From positions 20,933,636-20,997,635 of the forward strand of contig CM119264.1 of NCBI GenBank assembly GCA_051294375.1: 64,000 nucleotides of DNA, in the 5' to 3' direction. Source of the DNA: Paraspadella gotoi. Lineage: Eukaryota > Animalia > Chaetognatha. The notes beneath the pieces are model-generated. The model was not told the origin of the DNA, ran no database searches, and was given only the letters and a program-made list of their open reading frames with translations. How positions within the stretch are numbered: the stretch's first letter is position 1; every line of letters begins with the position of its first letter. Below are positions 25,980 to 49,510 of this stretch, piece after piece. Both the position numbers and the translations under genes were made by a program.

Positions 25980-26570
25980 TCCATGAAAACACTAAGTGTC
26001 CATTAGGCATCCACAAACGTTATTATGAAAATTTGCAAATTACTTGTTTCACTTATTTCTATTTTTATTATTTATGAAGGATTTAGTATTTAATCTTATT
26101 ATTTATTCAAATATATATTGCTTTCTTTTCTTAAAAATGTTTTATTTATCTAATAATTCAATTTTGGGAAGGGGAAGTCAGTGTTGTCTTCTGGAAATAG
26201 AGGGAGCATCTATACAACACAAGGTTAGATTACACATCTGCTGTCCTAATGTTTTCTAATAGATACTCACACGATCATTCTCTGTTAGAAAGTCATTAAT
26301 GAAATCATAAAATATCTAAGAGGCTGAACAGAAAGGGTGGGAATGGATAATTTTTTGAGGGGTGACCAAAGTATATATGATTTTTTTTTACCAATAGGGA
26401 TAAGACTACCATGTAGAATTGTATGTTCTGATAGGATTACATCTAAGGCGGGCCAAAATGAACACTTTTTATAACTTCTAATTCTCTCTAAAAAAATTTC
26501 TTTTTCCTTCTTTCTAATATCGATTTTCAATGCAATCTTTTGAATTAGTTCATTAGGTTGTTGCACTGAG
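25980..26570 (-). pseudogene. Possible decayed Penelope-like RT C-terminal fragment
   Basis: PALDVIL...SYILWSPLKKLSIP..QPLRY loosely resembles the PLE RT thumb pattern (FLDV...YL...HP...K.SI...R). Confidence 0.3.
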
Positions 26571-27836
26571 CTTTTAAATATTTATTAATATATAACAAAT
26601 GACAAAAATTTTTTTTAAAAAAATTTATTTTAAGAACGGATTCTTATAGAGCTTGAAAAAGTTAAATGAAAGTAGTACTACATTTTTTTAAAATATTTGA
26701 CAAGAAATTTGGTTAAAATAAAAAAAAAACGTTAAAAAATCATCATCATCATCATCATTGTGCTGAATTTTATAGTTTTTTAAAATTTTACCAATAAAAC
26801 AAAAAAATTTTAAAAATTTGTATTAATAACCTTTATCTAACTTTTAAAGCTCTATCAGAATTTATCAAAAAAAATTGACAAATTCAAAAAAAAATTTTAA
26901 CTTTTATATAGTAATAAATTATCTTTAAAGGCTTCCGTGCGCTTATTATGAAATATTTTTTTAAAATATATTTTTATTTTCATATTCTCTAACAGTCACT
27001 TTACCATTATTTATTTTGAGAGAACTTCTAGTTTTCAACCTGTTCCGGCCTAATACATACCGGGAAAGTCTATAGGGCACCTTTATGTCATGAATATAAT
27101 TTTAAAGTTATATTTTTTCTTTATTCTACTTTTTAATTGTTTCTTTTTTGAATATTTTTTATCTTTTTTTTATACAATGAAGGTCATCAGTTGGGAACCT
27201 ATACCCTTCATGGATTTGGCTCTTTAATCCCAATATCCAGGTATAGGCGAGCCATCACCAATGGTGATCCTTCATTGTTGCTTATCTTATATTTTAAATG
27301 TATATCTTGAATGTTTATCTGAAACAGACCAAAGCCCTGGCTTCACAGCATCATTAATTTTAGAGAAATTTTATTAAGGTTTTGTAATAATTTGTAATTT
27401 GTAAATAAATAAAATAAGTTAAATAATTAGTTTAATAATAAGTTAATAATTAAGGGTATGTTAATGTAAAGTTAACATTAAGTTAATTGTAAAGTTAAAA
27501 AGTTTAAAAAATAAATTAAATCAGAGAGAGAAGAGTCCCGTTTCAGAGCAAAATCTGGAATCTGGAATCCGCAAAAGAGAGAAAGAGACGAACGTCGATA
27601 TCTCCTATATAAAAGAGCTTCTGAGTTACAGTCGTCTGGACTTTAAAGCTCCTCCCTTATCCACCGAGATCCTGTCCTCAGGATACGCTCCTGACGACGC
27701 CGGACTCGCGTCATACAAAATCTTAACCTCCGTCATCTTGTATTCTTCATTTACTGAGTCGCGCTACAAATAATCTCAAGTTGACTTTGAATGCTCCATC
27801 TCTGCCACGCGGGACTTCATCCGGTATAGTGAAATG

Positions 27837-28485
27837 TATGGTGGACTAAAATCCACCAACCGTTCATCAGTGGCCATTGGTGCCGGAGGCAAGTCATTCG
27901 CCTCCCAACCCAAAGGTCCGGGGTTCTAGCCCGGTGGTCGTCTGGCAGTTAAGAGAGACAGGGCGCTTAACCCGCCTGTAACATGGTGTTACAGCCTGAT
28001 CCGAAGCTCAGGGACTGCTAAATTGAACGGTTCTGTCATTAACACTTATCAATAATTACTGTCTCTTCATTGGTGAGCCCGACTTCCGAACACAACAGCA
28101 ACAACAACACTTTCAGGCGACATGCCTGAACCTGGCGATGCACTTTCCGCCCACAACACATCAGGCGACATGCCTCAACTTGGTGACGAACTTTCCACCA
28201 ACAACAATTCACTGAAGAGACGCAACAGACTTCCCCTATGGGAGGGGGGATGTATGGTGGACTAAAATCCACCAACCGTTCATCAGCAGCCATTGGTGCG
28301 GAGGCAAGTCATTCGACTCCCAACCCAAAGGTCCTTGGTTCTAGCCCGGTGGTCGTCTGGTAGTTAAGAGGGACGGGGTGCTTAACCCGCCTGTAACATG
28401 GTGTTACAGCCTGATCCGAAGCTCAGGGACTGCTTATATTGAACGGTTCTGTCTTTATCACATAACAATAATTACTGTCTCTTCA
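27837..28485 (+). mobile_element. Complete miniature LTR element (TRIM/retrozyme-like), family A: LTR 27837-28069, internal 28070-28252, LTR 28253-28485
   Basis: 233-bp direct repeats ending in TCA; PBS TGGTGAGCCCGAC (28071); PPT at 28240-28250; 4-bp TSD AATG; no coding capacity. Confidence 0.9.
28360..28433 (+). ncRNA. Twister ribozyme, type P5 permutation (predicted cleavage 28383|28384); mutated twin at 27945-28018
   Basis: P5 GTAGT/ACTGC; P2 CCC/G(A)GG; conserved GA and U|AA; T2 GC/GC; P3 CTGTAACA/TGTTACAG; P4 CTGA/TCAG with loop TCCG-AAGC; T1 TCCG/CGGG. Confidence 0.8.
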
Positions 28486-29340
28486 AATGTAATCAAACGT
28501 CATACAAAAAAAATATGTTTTCTTATTAGACCAAACATAATTGAGGGCCATAGCATAATAATATTATTGGGAACTCCCACGAAGTCCGTTCTGGTCAGCG
28601 GTGAAACCAGGGTGGTACAGAAGATAAAGATAAAAATAACACCACCGCTCCGAAGATCCTGTTCTCAGGACAAGCAGGGCAGCAGGGCTGCATTCATTCT
28701 TAACGGTAGCCATCTTGGATTCTTCATTCACTGACCATGCTGTCTTACGCATCAATGCTATTATGTGCCACGCGGGATTTTAATAGAATTTTCATAAAGT
28801 ACTCAACTAATTGTCAAAGGATAAACATTAGGATCTCCTTATAACTCCGTTTTCTTTACGGCAAAACCAGAGTGGTACAGGTCCCCAAGAAAAGATAAAG
28901 ATCATACTCCTAGTCCCAAGCAGAGGACAGGTTTTCAACAATTATTTTATATTCCAAGAGATCATTTATGCATCGAAAAGAAATTGTATATTGGATCCCA
29001 TGCTTCCCTAGAATCGCCGGGGACAACAAATTTATTAGAGTTCCGTAGTGTTCCTTCGCGATTTAGATTGAGTTTTTTTTCTTGTCTATTGCTTATTACA
29101 GATACTGAAGGAAAATGTAAACACATCGGCTATTTAAACAAAAGAAAAACAATCACTGAATCCTATGCAACATGTCAGTTTCTGCAGCCATATGATACAA
29201 CAAACGCGGGGAGATGTCAGACGAGTTGGCGAGGCGACAGGTTTTCATGGCGCTGCAATATGTCCTCTTCGTTTTCCTTTCAATACTTTTCCACGAACCT
29301 AACCGTCGCTCTTTTTTATTAAGTCCAGTTGGCTCCAGAA

Positions 29341-29466
29341 TTTTTTTGCATAATTTATTATAATTCGATGTTCTGACATGATGTAAGTGAATGCCCGACA
29401 AGATTGAGGGGGCGGACCGACGGACCGACAAAGTGAATTTTAGAGTCGGGATCTGCAGATCCGACT
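29341..29466 (-). mobile_element. HINE family A 5' fragment
   Basis: Matches the 5' ~125 bp of 3425, with a partly collapsed terminal hairpin. Confidence 0.75.
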
Positions 29467-29849
29467 AAAAAGAATACATACGTGAAGCTGAAGGCGAAAC
29501 TGTACTCTTCGTTTTTTTTATCTTCTTCCTTCCTTTTCATTCTTCCCACCTTCCTTTCTGCTTTACGACAACCTGTAGAGTTCGTAATTTCCGTTGTTAC
29601 ATCGGAAAGTGTCCGAATCGTTTCGGTGTTAACGAGGTTCCGATACGCGGAGTAAGGGGGAAAAGTAAGAATCCAATTTACGAGGAACACCCACCAATTC
29701 GGCAGACGTGGGATCTCCGTTTCAGGACGTTTTACTGCGTTATTGAAAATTATTGTTTTGTAACTAGTACCAATCTAAAAAAATATTTTCTATTCACATC
29801 GTTATTAAAGTTATGTTTAATTGGTTTTTCAACCGTCGGAAAATTAAGT

Positions 29850-29906
<57 letters not shown>

Positions 29907-30672
29907 ACTCTTTCTTCTTCTCACCTGTTTACTTTTTTGTAAAATACGACATTCAATCCTGCCTCTTTTCCGTCAAATTTCCGTTTTCATGAATTTTCTT
30001 TTTGTGATTTCGAAATTCGAAAAAAAAAAAACCTAACGGTTTAAAAAATCGAAAATCTTAAAAGTGGGGTGCACCGTTTTAAAAATGAGAAAAAGTAACA
30101 AAAGTGAATCGTTGAGAATTATGTAAATAGATGGCTTCTAACGAATTAACGTAAGTTTTGATTTATCATAAAAATTTATAAGCACATGGTATGGATGCAT
30201 AAAAAAAAATTAAATAACATATAATTTATGATCCAATGATCCGACAAGAAAAATGGTTTTACTTGACAGTCAGTTTTCCATCGGGCATTAGCAGGACTAC
30301 GAGCCAACTAAAAGTCAATGTTGTCATTGTGTTCTTGACGTTTAGTACGAGTTAAAATCATCTAGAAAAAAAAAGTCGATTCACTCGTCAGAATACAAAG
30401 GAAAAGTTAAACTAGGTAGAAAAGTGTTTATTATACTAGATAAGGAAAATTTCAGGTTGTTGTAATTTTTTGTAGCCCCATATTTTCGTATTGAAGGATA
30501 AAAATCAGAAAGATAAATAATGCTGAGCTAACTCTTTCAACCCAATCACCCTGAGCATTTCCACACCCCCTTTATCCATCTCTCGCGACGCCATTTCCAC
30601 GCGCACCATCGACGTCGTCTCTTGCTTCTCCTTCGAACGCGACGTCCGCGCGACTACGACTTCGCCTCCAAA

Positions 30673-30680
30673 GTATAAAA
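30673..30680 (+). promoter_or_regulatory. Candidate TATA box of the neuropeptide gene (non-coding exon to donor ~30756, acceptor ~31002)
   Basis: GTATAAAA after a GC/CpG-rich patch, followed by CAG|GTAAAA and TTTTTTTCAG. Confidence 0.45.
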
Positions 30681-31271
30681 CCACGGAATTTCTGTTGAGA
30701 TTTTGTGCAACCGAAACTCGCTCGAATCAAACCTGGAAACCCAATAACATTATCAGGTAAAAATAATTATAAGCGCACTGTACTTACTAATATTTGCGAA
30801 ATCGAAATTATGTTTGTTCAATAGATAACTGCTTAATGAAATTGTATAAAAAATTTGTAAAATTATGATTAGGACAAATAATAGATTATTATAATTAGTA
30901 CTATGTTCAGAACTACTGATTTGATTGTTGACGCTAAGTACAAGTTGAATGTCAAATAATATCACTTGGTAGAATGCTTATGTTTTTGTTTGTTTTTTTC
31001 AGATAAAAAAATTTCAATAAAGATTATTCGTTGGGAATTCATTTTTAAATCGTTCACAAATTAGAAATCCTTAAGGATAAAGCGAATTTTCGGGCTTGGA
31101 AGCGTATGATTTCTCTCTGGCATTTTGTCTGATGTGAGCGCGTGAGAATTTTAATCCGTCACACTTATTTTTCATAAGCACTAAATTTCACCTACACAAG
31201 CAGGGTCATTTGCTGATTCTTAAACTTGTTAATAAAATAATCGTGGTTTTTGGCAGTTAAAGAAGGCAACA

Positions 31272-32284
31272 ATGAGCGCAAATTCAGTCGGCAATAAAGA
31301 TTCGTCCACCCGTCTCATTTTAAGATGCCAACTCTTTCTTATCTTGTTTTGCACCCTCTTCACTGTTTGCATACATGCAGGACCAGGTATGTGCATTTTA
31401 CTTAATGATGTTTAGTTGAATTTATAAAAATACATTATACTGCAGAGGGCGAAAACCATCACTTCAAATCGGAGGTCATGGCGAACCCTCAACTAAAACT
31501 TCTTGTCAATAATCTCCTACAACAACGCTCACGACAAGCGGACAATTCGGACATTGACGAGGACGATAATCCAAAGAGCGAATCAGATCATGGGTCGCCC
31601 GAAGTCGTCGACGAAGCATTCCAGAACTCTAGTGAAGAAACAGATCTCACCCCGACAGCCAACTACAAGATGATAAACGCCAAAAAGATGATGAAAAAAT
31701 CTATTTCACCGGCGTCGAGCGGGGATTTCGACAAAAGACCGGATCCTTATGGATTTGCTGGCGGTCTGGGAAAGAGGGCGGATCTGTATGGGTTTGCTGG
31801 TGGACTTGGTAAGAGACCTGATTCCTATGGGTTTGCCGGAGGATTGGGGAAAAGGGCAGATCCTTATGGCTTTGAAGGGAGTCTTGGTAAAAGACCAGAT
31901 CCTTCCGGTTTTTCTGGAGGACTCGGAAAACGGCCAGATCCTTATGGATTTTCGGCAGGACTGGGGAAACGGCCAGATCCATATGGATTCGCTGGAGGAC
32001 TCGGGAAAAGGCCTGATCCATATGGGTTTGCTGGAGGACTGGGAAAAAGGCCTGATCCTTATGGGTTTGCTGGAGGACTAGGGAAAAGGCCTGATCCTTA
32101 TGGGTTTGCTGGAGGACTAGGGAAAAGGCCTGATCCTTATGGGTTTGCTGGAGGACTAGGGAAAAGGCCTGATCCTTATGGGTTTGCTGGTGGTTTGGGG
32201 AAACGAGCTGATCCCTACGCTTTTGCCGGAGGACTTGGAAAAAGAGTCGATCCTTATGGATTCTCAGGAGGATTAGGTAAATGA
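31272..32284 (+). CDS. Buccalin/allatostatin-A-type neuropeptide precursor, 317 aa; exons 31272-31386 and 31446-32284
   Basis: Hydrophobic signal segment LFLILFCTLFTVCIHA, acidic spacer, then 14 GK(R)-terminated 10-mers (PDPYGFAGGL x7 and variants), similar to Aplysia buccalin-type -FxGGL-amide peptides. Confidence 0.9.
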
Positions 32285-32922
32285 TTTTATAATAATGATC
32301 CGGTTGATGATCTTGAACAACATACGGATTGACCGTCAACAGAATTGATTTTACTTCTTTGACTAATGTAATGGTTTTAAATGAATCAGCGCAAAAACGT
32401 TCGAAACATGTTCATTCTACTAAAAAGTCACTTATTTTTGTTCCTAAATATGAAAATGTTTCTTTATAAAGTACCGGCGCTGTATATCATACATTGACAT
32501 TCTTAAACTAATTTTATCCGATTGCTCTAGCCGTCCCTAGCTAAAAAGTGCAAATCTATTGAATAAAATATTTCCTTAAAATTGTATTCAAACAAGTCTT
32601 ATAAATCACGATTTATATCATAAAAATGTCATTCATAGTTGAATTTCCTTGATCGAAATGTATGTATTGATATATGTGCACGAACAATTCATTATTGACA
32701 CGTCTTTGATTCGTCACATAATATGTGAAAAAAAATTGCTTTGAACAACGTTTATTGCATTTATCTCATTTGAAAATTAAATTTAAATCATTTCAAAATT
32801 TGACTATTTATATTTGACTTATAATTTTGGAAGGAGATTCATTCTATTTGACATTGAATATATAACTTTTATAAGGAAACCCTGGTTGCCACCCAGCCGC
32901 TACCCCTGGGTTCTCCTGAACG

Positions 32923-34464
32923 TTACGCAGGTGAGACGTTCAATCCTCGAACTAACTTCGCTCCTATCCGCTTGGCGTCAATCACACCAGTGTTGAACAA
33001 TAATCGAATGAAGAGGTCGACAGTGGCTGACTCCGGAGCGATGCGACACCTAACGTATTTAAACTCTTTATATGTCATGATATTTTCTTTTCTTTAAAAT
33101 TAATGCTTCCAATCTCAGTATTTTAACATAGTTTATCATAGTTAGAAAACCTGAAAGTTTGTATGTAAAAAAAATTAAAGCAGTCATTAATTCAGTCTTA
33201 TATCATGTATAAATGTTAGTTAAGGAAACTGTCATTGATAATCAAGAATCACTGTTTTCAATACCATTCGATTAGAACAAGATGTGCCGCGTTTTCTGTT
33301 TTCCACGTTTTCCACTTTTTCAATGTCTCCTCTGGAACGCCCAATTGTGCTCCTAAATAGAAATCTTGTCTATTAGACTCTACTATTATTAATTCCAAAA
33401 TGATTTAAAAAAATTCTATGAAAATAATCAATATTATTATTATGATGTAATCGAATATTGAACGAAATACCGACGAGCTCCCACATCATCGACCCGTGTC
33501 CCGGTTGATCCTTCTTTGCGTTGCATCTTTTGTTCATCTCCTCCTCGAGACATAAAGCGACCTCAAGCGGCAGATCCTTCAACAATATCTTTTCTGTGAT
33601 TGAATCGACCGGATCGAGAACGTCGGCGTGAGGGAGCGGAAGGCGCTGGAGAATCTTCGTCAAAGCGTCGGCCTCTATTTGGCGCGCTTTTCGGGGGCCT
33701 AAAAAATTGCGATGGAAAAGAAAAATAAAACTATTAGAACTATGTAAGAAAGAGAGACATAAAAGAGAAAGCCAGAGAGACGAAACCTTTTAAAAAGTAG
33801 GCGGTAAATTCCTCCATTTCCTCCATATCCTGCGTCCATCGAGATCTCTGCGAAGTTGCACCCAAAAATTAAAACAATTTTTAGACAGGCTCTCGCTTGT
33901 TATGGTCAGATATCAGATTGGAATATAGCTCACATAATTTGTTTCAGAGGCCTCTGTCGCTTTCGCGGGTACATCTGCGGAGCGAGAAGCACTGAATTAA
34001 ACATAGATTCTTAAATGCTATTAATGATTAACATCGTGTTCATAGTTAATGGGCAAAAACTGACTTTCTTAACCTTTCAAGAGACCCAGCGTTTCCTTCA
34101 ATCGGCCATTCTGTCGATGAAGGTGACAGCAGATGGCGTTGAGCTGCGTCACTCGCGTCTCCAGTTCCTCAAGGTGCAGAGTCATCTCTACCGTTTCGCG
34201 ACGGCTGATCGCGCTGCGTAAAAATAAAGTTAATACAAATAAAATTGATATATGAACGTTTTATTTATGTTTTCTAACGAAATTTGTAGACGGTCTCTCT
34301 TTCTCTCTCTCAACCGAGCATCACTCACTCGATCAAGCCATCCACCATTTTTCCCAAAGTGACGCCTATTCCCTCGTATTCCAACGCCGGGATTGGAGAG
34401 GGCGCCCTTGTCTGGGTCGACGCCGTATCGATCTGCGTGATTGACGGAGGTCGCAACGACCCCG

Positions 34465-34496
<32 letters not shown>

Positions 34497-36819
34497 GAAG
34501 ACGGAGTTTTTTTTAATTCCTTAGAGGGAAACATTGATAAATAATGAATATTAAAAAATTCAGAATGAAATTGTAATATAGTTATAATAATATAAACGCA
34601 ACAGTTGTACCTTTGATCCCGTAGGCGGTTCATCTTCTTCTTTAACAATTTTCTTCATCGACTTTGAAGCCAGACTCTCGTGCAAAGAGAGAGAATTCGG
34701 CAAATACCTGTTAACAAAAATCAAATGTTAAAGTTAGACAAAATGAACGTTTATATAGTAGGAAGAGACAAATCTCGGGTCAATCAGGAAGAAAAAAAAA
34801 TATATATATAATTATATATATATATTAAGATTTATCTTTGGGAAACAATAATAACACAAAATTAGCAGGATTGTTTTTTTTTTCAGTAAAGCAAAATGTT
34901 TTTAAACAAGTTTGAGCAAACAATGTCGGATCTGCTAATCGTTAATCAGCTAATAAGATGATAAATCACAATATTTAAAAAAAAAAATTTTAACTCGCAT
35001 CATTTTTTCAACTTGCATCATTTTTTTCACTTACATCATTTTTTCAACTCACATCATTTTTTCAATTTGTATCATTTTTACAATTTGCATCATTTTTCAA
35101 CTTGCATCATTTTTTTAACTTGCATCATTTTTTTTAACTTGCATCATTTTTTTTAACTTGCATAATATTTTTAACGCACATAATTTTTTTAAATTGCATC
35201 ATTTTTTCACATTAATTAATTCATTAATTAATTGAAACATTTATTAGTAATCATAAATAATAAAGATTCAAGTAAATGTGACATATGTTTTTTTCCATAT
35301 AAACTCATTTCCACTGGCTTGATTCCGTCAAAACTATATCTTGCTTCTTCACACACTTTCCTACCCATACACAAAATTTCATCTCAATCTATTAATTCAA
35401 TTATGATTAATTCGAGTAATTATGGGTTAAAATAAGTAAAAAGATTCAAGTAAATGTGACTCATATTTTTTTCATTTAAACCCATTTCCACTCGCACGTT
35501 TCCGTCGAAATTTTATATCAAGCTTCGTCACACACTTTCCTACCCACACACAAAATTTCAACTCAATCTATCCTTCCAATTATGATTAATTAGAGTAATT
35601 ATTGGTTAAAATAAGTAAAAAGATTTTAGTAAATGTGACTTATGTTTTTTCCATTTAAACTCAATTCCACTTGCACGATTCCATCAAAACTTTATATCCA
35701 GCTTCATGACACACTTTCCTACCCACACATAAAATTTCATTCTAATCCAACCACCCAATCACGAGTTAATGGAGTTTTTTGCTAAGGTGGGACGGACGGA
35801 CGACGGACGGACGGACGGACGGACGGACGGACGGACGGACATCATTTTTTAAAAATAATTTTTCATAATTCGATGTTCTGACATGATGTAAGTGAATGCC
35901 CGACAAGATTGAGGGGGCGGTCAGACGGACCGACAAAGTGAATTATAGAGTCGGGATCTGCTTTCAGCAGATCCGACTAAAAAGGTCATGGTCAAATATC
36001 ATTACCACTTTTCACCCGATTTGTCTCTACTTAAATTAACTTCTTCGCTACTTCCTACAATAACTGATACTCTACCAAAAAGCGGAACTTTCAGATTAAC
36101 CTGCATCCCCTCTTTAGCGCATTCCTCACGGTTCCCAATATCTTTTTCAGTCCTTCGTTTTCGAGTTTAAGGAGATCGTTTTCTCTTTTAACCGCTTCTA
36201 ACGATTTTGCTGAAATAAACAAAATAATTTTTAATTATTGTCACAGGCTAATTAGGTTTTGAAAATCCAGGCTTTTTACCATACTGATACTCCGATTGAA
36301 TTCCTGCCTCATTTCGTTTCTTATGTATATCTTACTTTTTATTTTTTATTTTCAGCCTAGACTGTTTTAGTGTACATACTTAGCCAAGAAAAACATTAGA
36401 AAAGCCCAGTTGATATCGAAATTCCTGCCCATCCTCTTATCCCTCCCAGGTCGCACCCTTGTTTTCCTTCTCCAATGCCTTCGTCGCCACGTTCGCCATC
36501 GTCGCCGCGAGACTTCCGCTTTGCTCCCTCCGTTTCTGGACCATCTGCTTGAAGCGGCTCTCTCGAACCGGGGACTCTTTCTGCGAGGAACGAAATAATA
36601 AAAATAATAAATAAATAAAAATAATAATAAAAAACGAAATAATAAAAACCATGGCAAGCTGTGGTTCGACTTTCAGCAAACAATATCTAAAACTATGTAA
36701 CTATAGATTAGTGATAAAGCGAAATATGGTTGTTTTAACAAAGATTCGACTTTATGACTCCTTGCCTTTGATTTTTGCTTGACCGTCTGAACGGACGGTA
36801 ATGTTTTTCTTGACGACAT
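32923..36819 (-). CDS. Coiled-coil protein with C-terminal death domain; exons include 36580-36457, 36209-36101, 34707-34611, 34519-34329, 34213-34074, 33974-33934, 33847-33787, 33698-33471, 33352-33265, 33049-32923 (5' exons tentative)
   Basis: Ten phase-compatible GT-AG exons; heptads LEAVKRENDLLKLENEGLK and LEELETRVTQL; death-fold pattern MWELVGAQLGV..AAHLVLIEW...ATVDLFIRLL. Confidence 0.7.
34907..35978 (-). mobile_element. HINE family A copy (intronic)
   Basis: Both termini, GACG microsatellite, and ~130-bp and ~19-bp internal arrays present. Confidence 0.85.
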
Positions 36820-36884
36820 AGTATCCAACTGAAGTTTAAGAGAATGCGAGATAATTTTCGTATTAATATATATATATATATATA

Positions 36885-36918
<34 letters not shown>

Positions 36919-37301
36919 GCAAAGCCGAGTATTTCTCCTTGGAAATGAAATTATACAACACGTAGTCCTTTAAGAATGATCTCAGCAGCCAGTTAATATT
37001 TTTGTTGTATAAAAAGTTTTTTTCATTGTTTATGATCAAAGTCATTTTTCACAAGACATCATTGCTCACAGCTCATCTTTGAAATTAAAATAATTAAATA
37101 CTTGTGAAAAATATTTTATTGTTCAATTCACATTTTTTAAAGGAATAAGCATGCAATCTGCCACCTGTTGGAATTTCTCATTAACAAGCATTAAAAAAAG
37201 AACAATCATATATGAAAAGCAATTTATTAATTTTAATTGCTGTCTGTCTCAATAAACCTTTACTGGTTCTTTAGGAACTGTACGTTTGAAGGTAGTAATT
37301 A

Positions 37302-37340
<39 letters not shown>

Positions 37341-37420
37341 GCTGTCCTGTCTGTCTTTCTAATTTTAAATTTTTTATTAGCCATTGTGTTAATCCTTTCG
37401 GCTTCGTTGAGTGTAGAGAT

Positions 37421-37566
37421 TTAAACAAAGTTTGGAAATATTTTCGTCAACGATTTTTCATTTAATAATATACGGACATGTTCGACTCTTCATTTCTAAC
37501 GCTGATGAAGACTCGAAATGAAGAAATGAAAAATCGTTGACGAAAATATTTCCAAACTTTGTTTAA
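37421..37566. repeat. Inverted repeat enclosing a rearranged hammerhead (Penelope-type relic)
   Basis: ~43-bp arms; CTGATGAAGACTC on + and GAGTCGAACATGTCCG on -. Confidence 0.6.
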
Positions 37567-37970
37567 TTTTTTTTATTTAACAATTAAGCAATTTTATAGT
37601 CATTTCTGACTTTCGCCGATAGGAACAGCTCATTATGATATTTTCCATTCGTGTTTTGTTACTAAGTAATAAGTATGTTCTCCTCTGAAACTAATTTTTA
37701 CAGGATCTGTAAGTTAGACCTTTACACTACTACTCTTCTTTCTGATTATATATAAAAATATTAATATTCAAGTAATTTAAAGTTTATTTAACAAAAAATA
37801 CAGGATTCTCATTATCGGTCACTCTTGGTAAATAGCTGTTTTCAAAAAGACTTTTAGATAATATTTATCCAACCCAAAATCTCTCCGTGAACGATTTGGA
37901 TCATTTTTACTTTATTTGAACATTTATACAAAATGTCGATTACATTGACTTTAAAATCTTCCGTGAGTAC

Positions 37971-38374
37971 TAAGGCGTAGTAAAATTTCTAAATTTAACT
38001 TTAAAAGTGAGGAACGAACAACATTATACTAATGAACATTTATGTAATAATAGCTGAAAATTAACTTTTTATATATTAAATATAGTTTTTTAAGTTTTTA
38101 ACCCACTTAATGAAAGAATTTTTAATGATTTATTAATTATTTATATTTTCTTTTATCAACTTTTGACGAGAAATTCAAATCTGCAATCAAAATTAAGAAA
38201 AGCCTATTTTGAAATTTTTCGATTTTATAAGTATAGTACTATAAATAAATATAGTCTACTGCGAAAATTAAAAAAAAACATAAAATTCATTTTTTTACAA
38301 ATTAATGTTCACTGATGGTATGTTGTTCATAATTGACTTTTAGAATTTCCGTACGTTACTTTCACTACGCTCTA
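37971..38374 (-). mobile_element. hAT MITE, internally deleted
   Basis: TSD GTGAGTAC; termini TAAGGCGTAGTAAA / TTTCACTACGCTCTA. Confidence 0.88.
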
Positions 38375-38791
38375 GTGAGTACACCAAAGCAACCAAAGAT
38401 AAAATCTCAAGTTACATTTTTTTTCTGAAGTGAAGGTGAGACGAGTAACGCAGTATTTACAATTAGTGCTTTTTATAACAAAGAAATTTGAAAGTAACCT
38501 ATTAGATTTAATCAAAGAACACACACACAAAAAAAAACCCCAAAAAACAAAGTATTCTTTCGTTTTTGGTTTGTCAAAATTTTTTAGCAAATTAAGAGAG
38601 TTTATCAAGTACAAAAGGTGTACGAAATATGGTAATTTGTTACTTTTTGAGGCTGAACTTTGTAACTACGACGTTTAGAGGCGATAAATTTGGATAAAAC
38701 AAATAAAACAAATCGCGGAAAATTAGTGGAATAAAAAATATGAATCGGGGAGAGAGGAGGAAAGACTGCAGTGAAAACAATTTGTCGCCAG

Positions 38792-38831
<40 letters not shown>

Positions 38832-39001
38832 AATGATGATGATGAAACTAATGATGATGATTATAATGAATATGATGATAATTTCTTTAAGAAGAAGATT
38901 TAAGAGATTTTTCATCATTTACTCATGGTGAGAGACATTGATATAACGAGGTGAGACATTTTTTTCAGTTTTCCTTTTCGCCCGGTTATTGCTCGTTCGC
39001 T

Positions 39002-49510
<10,509 letters not shown>

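Noticed and set aside
27520-27768. Conventional solo LTR (TATATAAAAG, ends GCTACA)
   Set aside because: No left boundary, TSD or second copy could be identified.
31739-32281. CRISPR-like repeat array
   Set aside because: Contiguous 39-bp coding repeats without unique spacers, in a eukaryotic neuropeptide gene.
31701-32339. Antisense 212-aa repetitive ORF
   Set aside because: Shadow of the neuropeptide repeat array.
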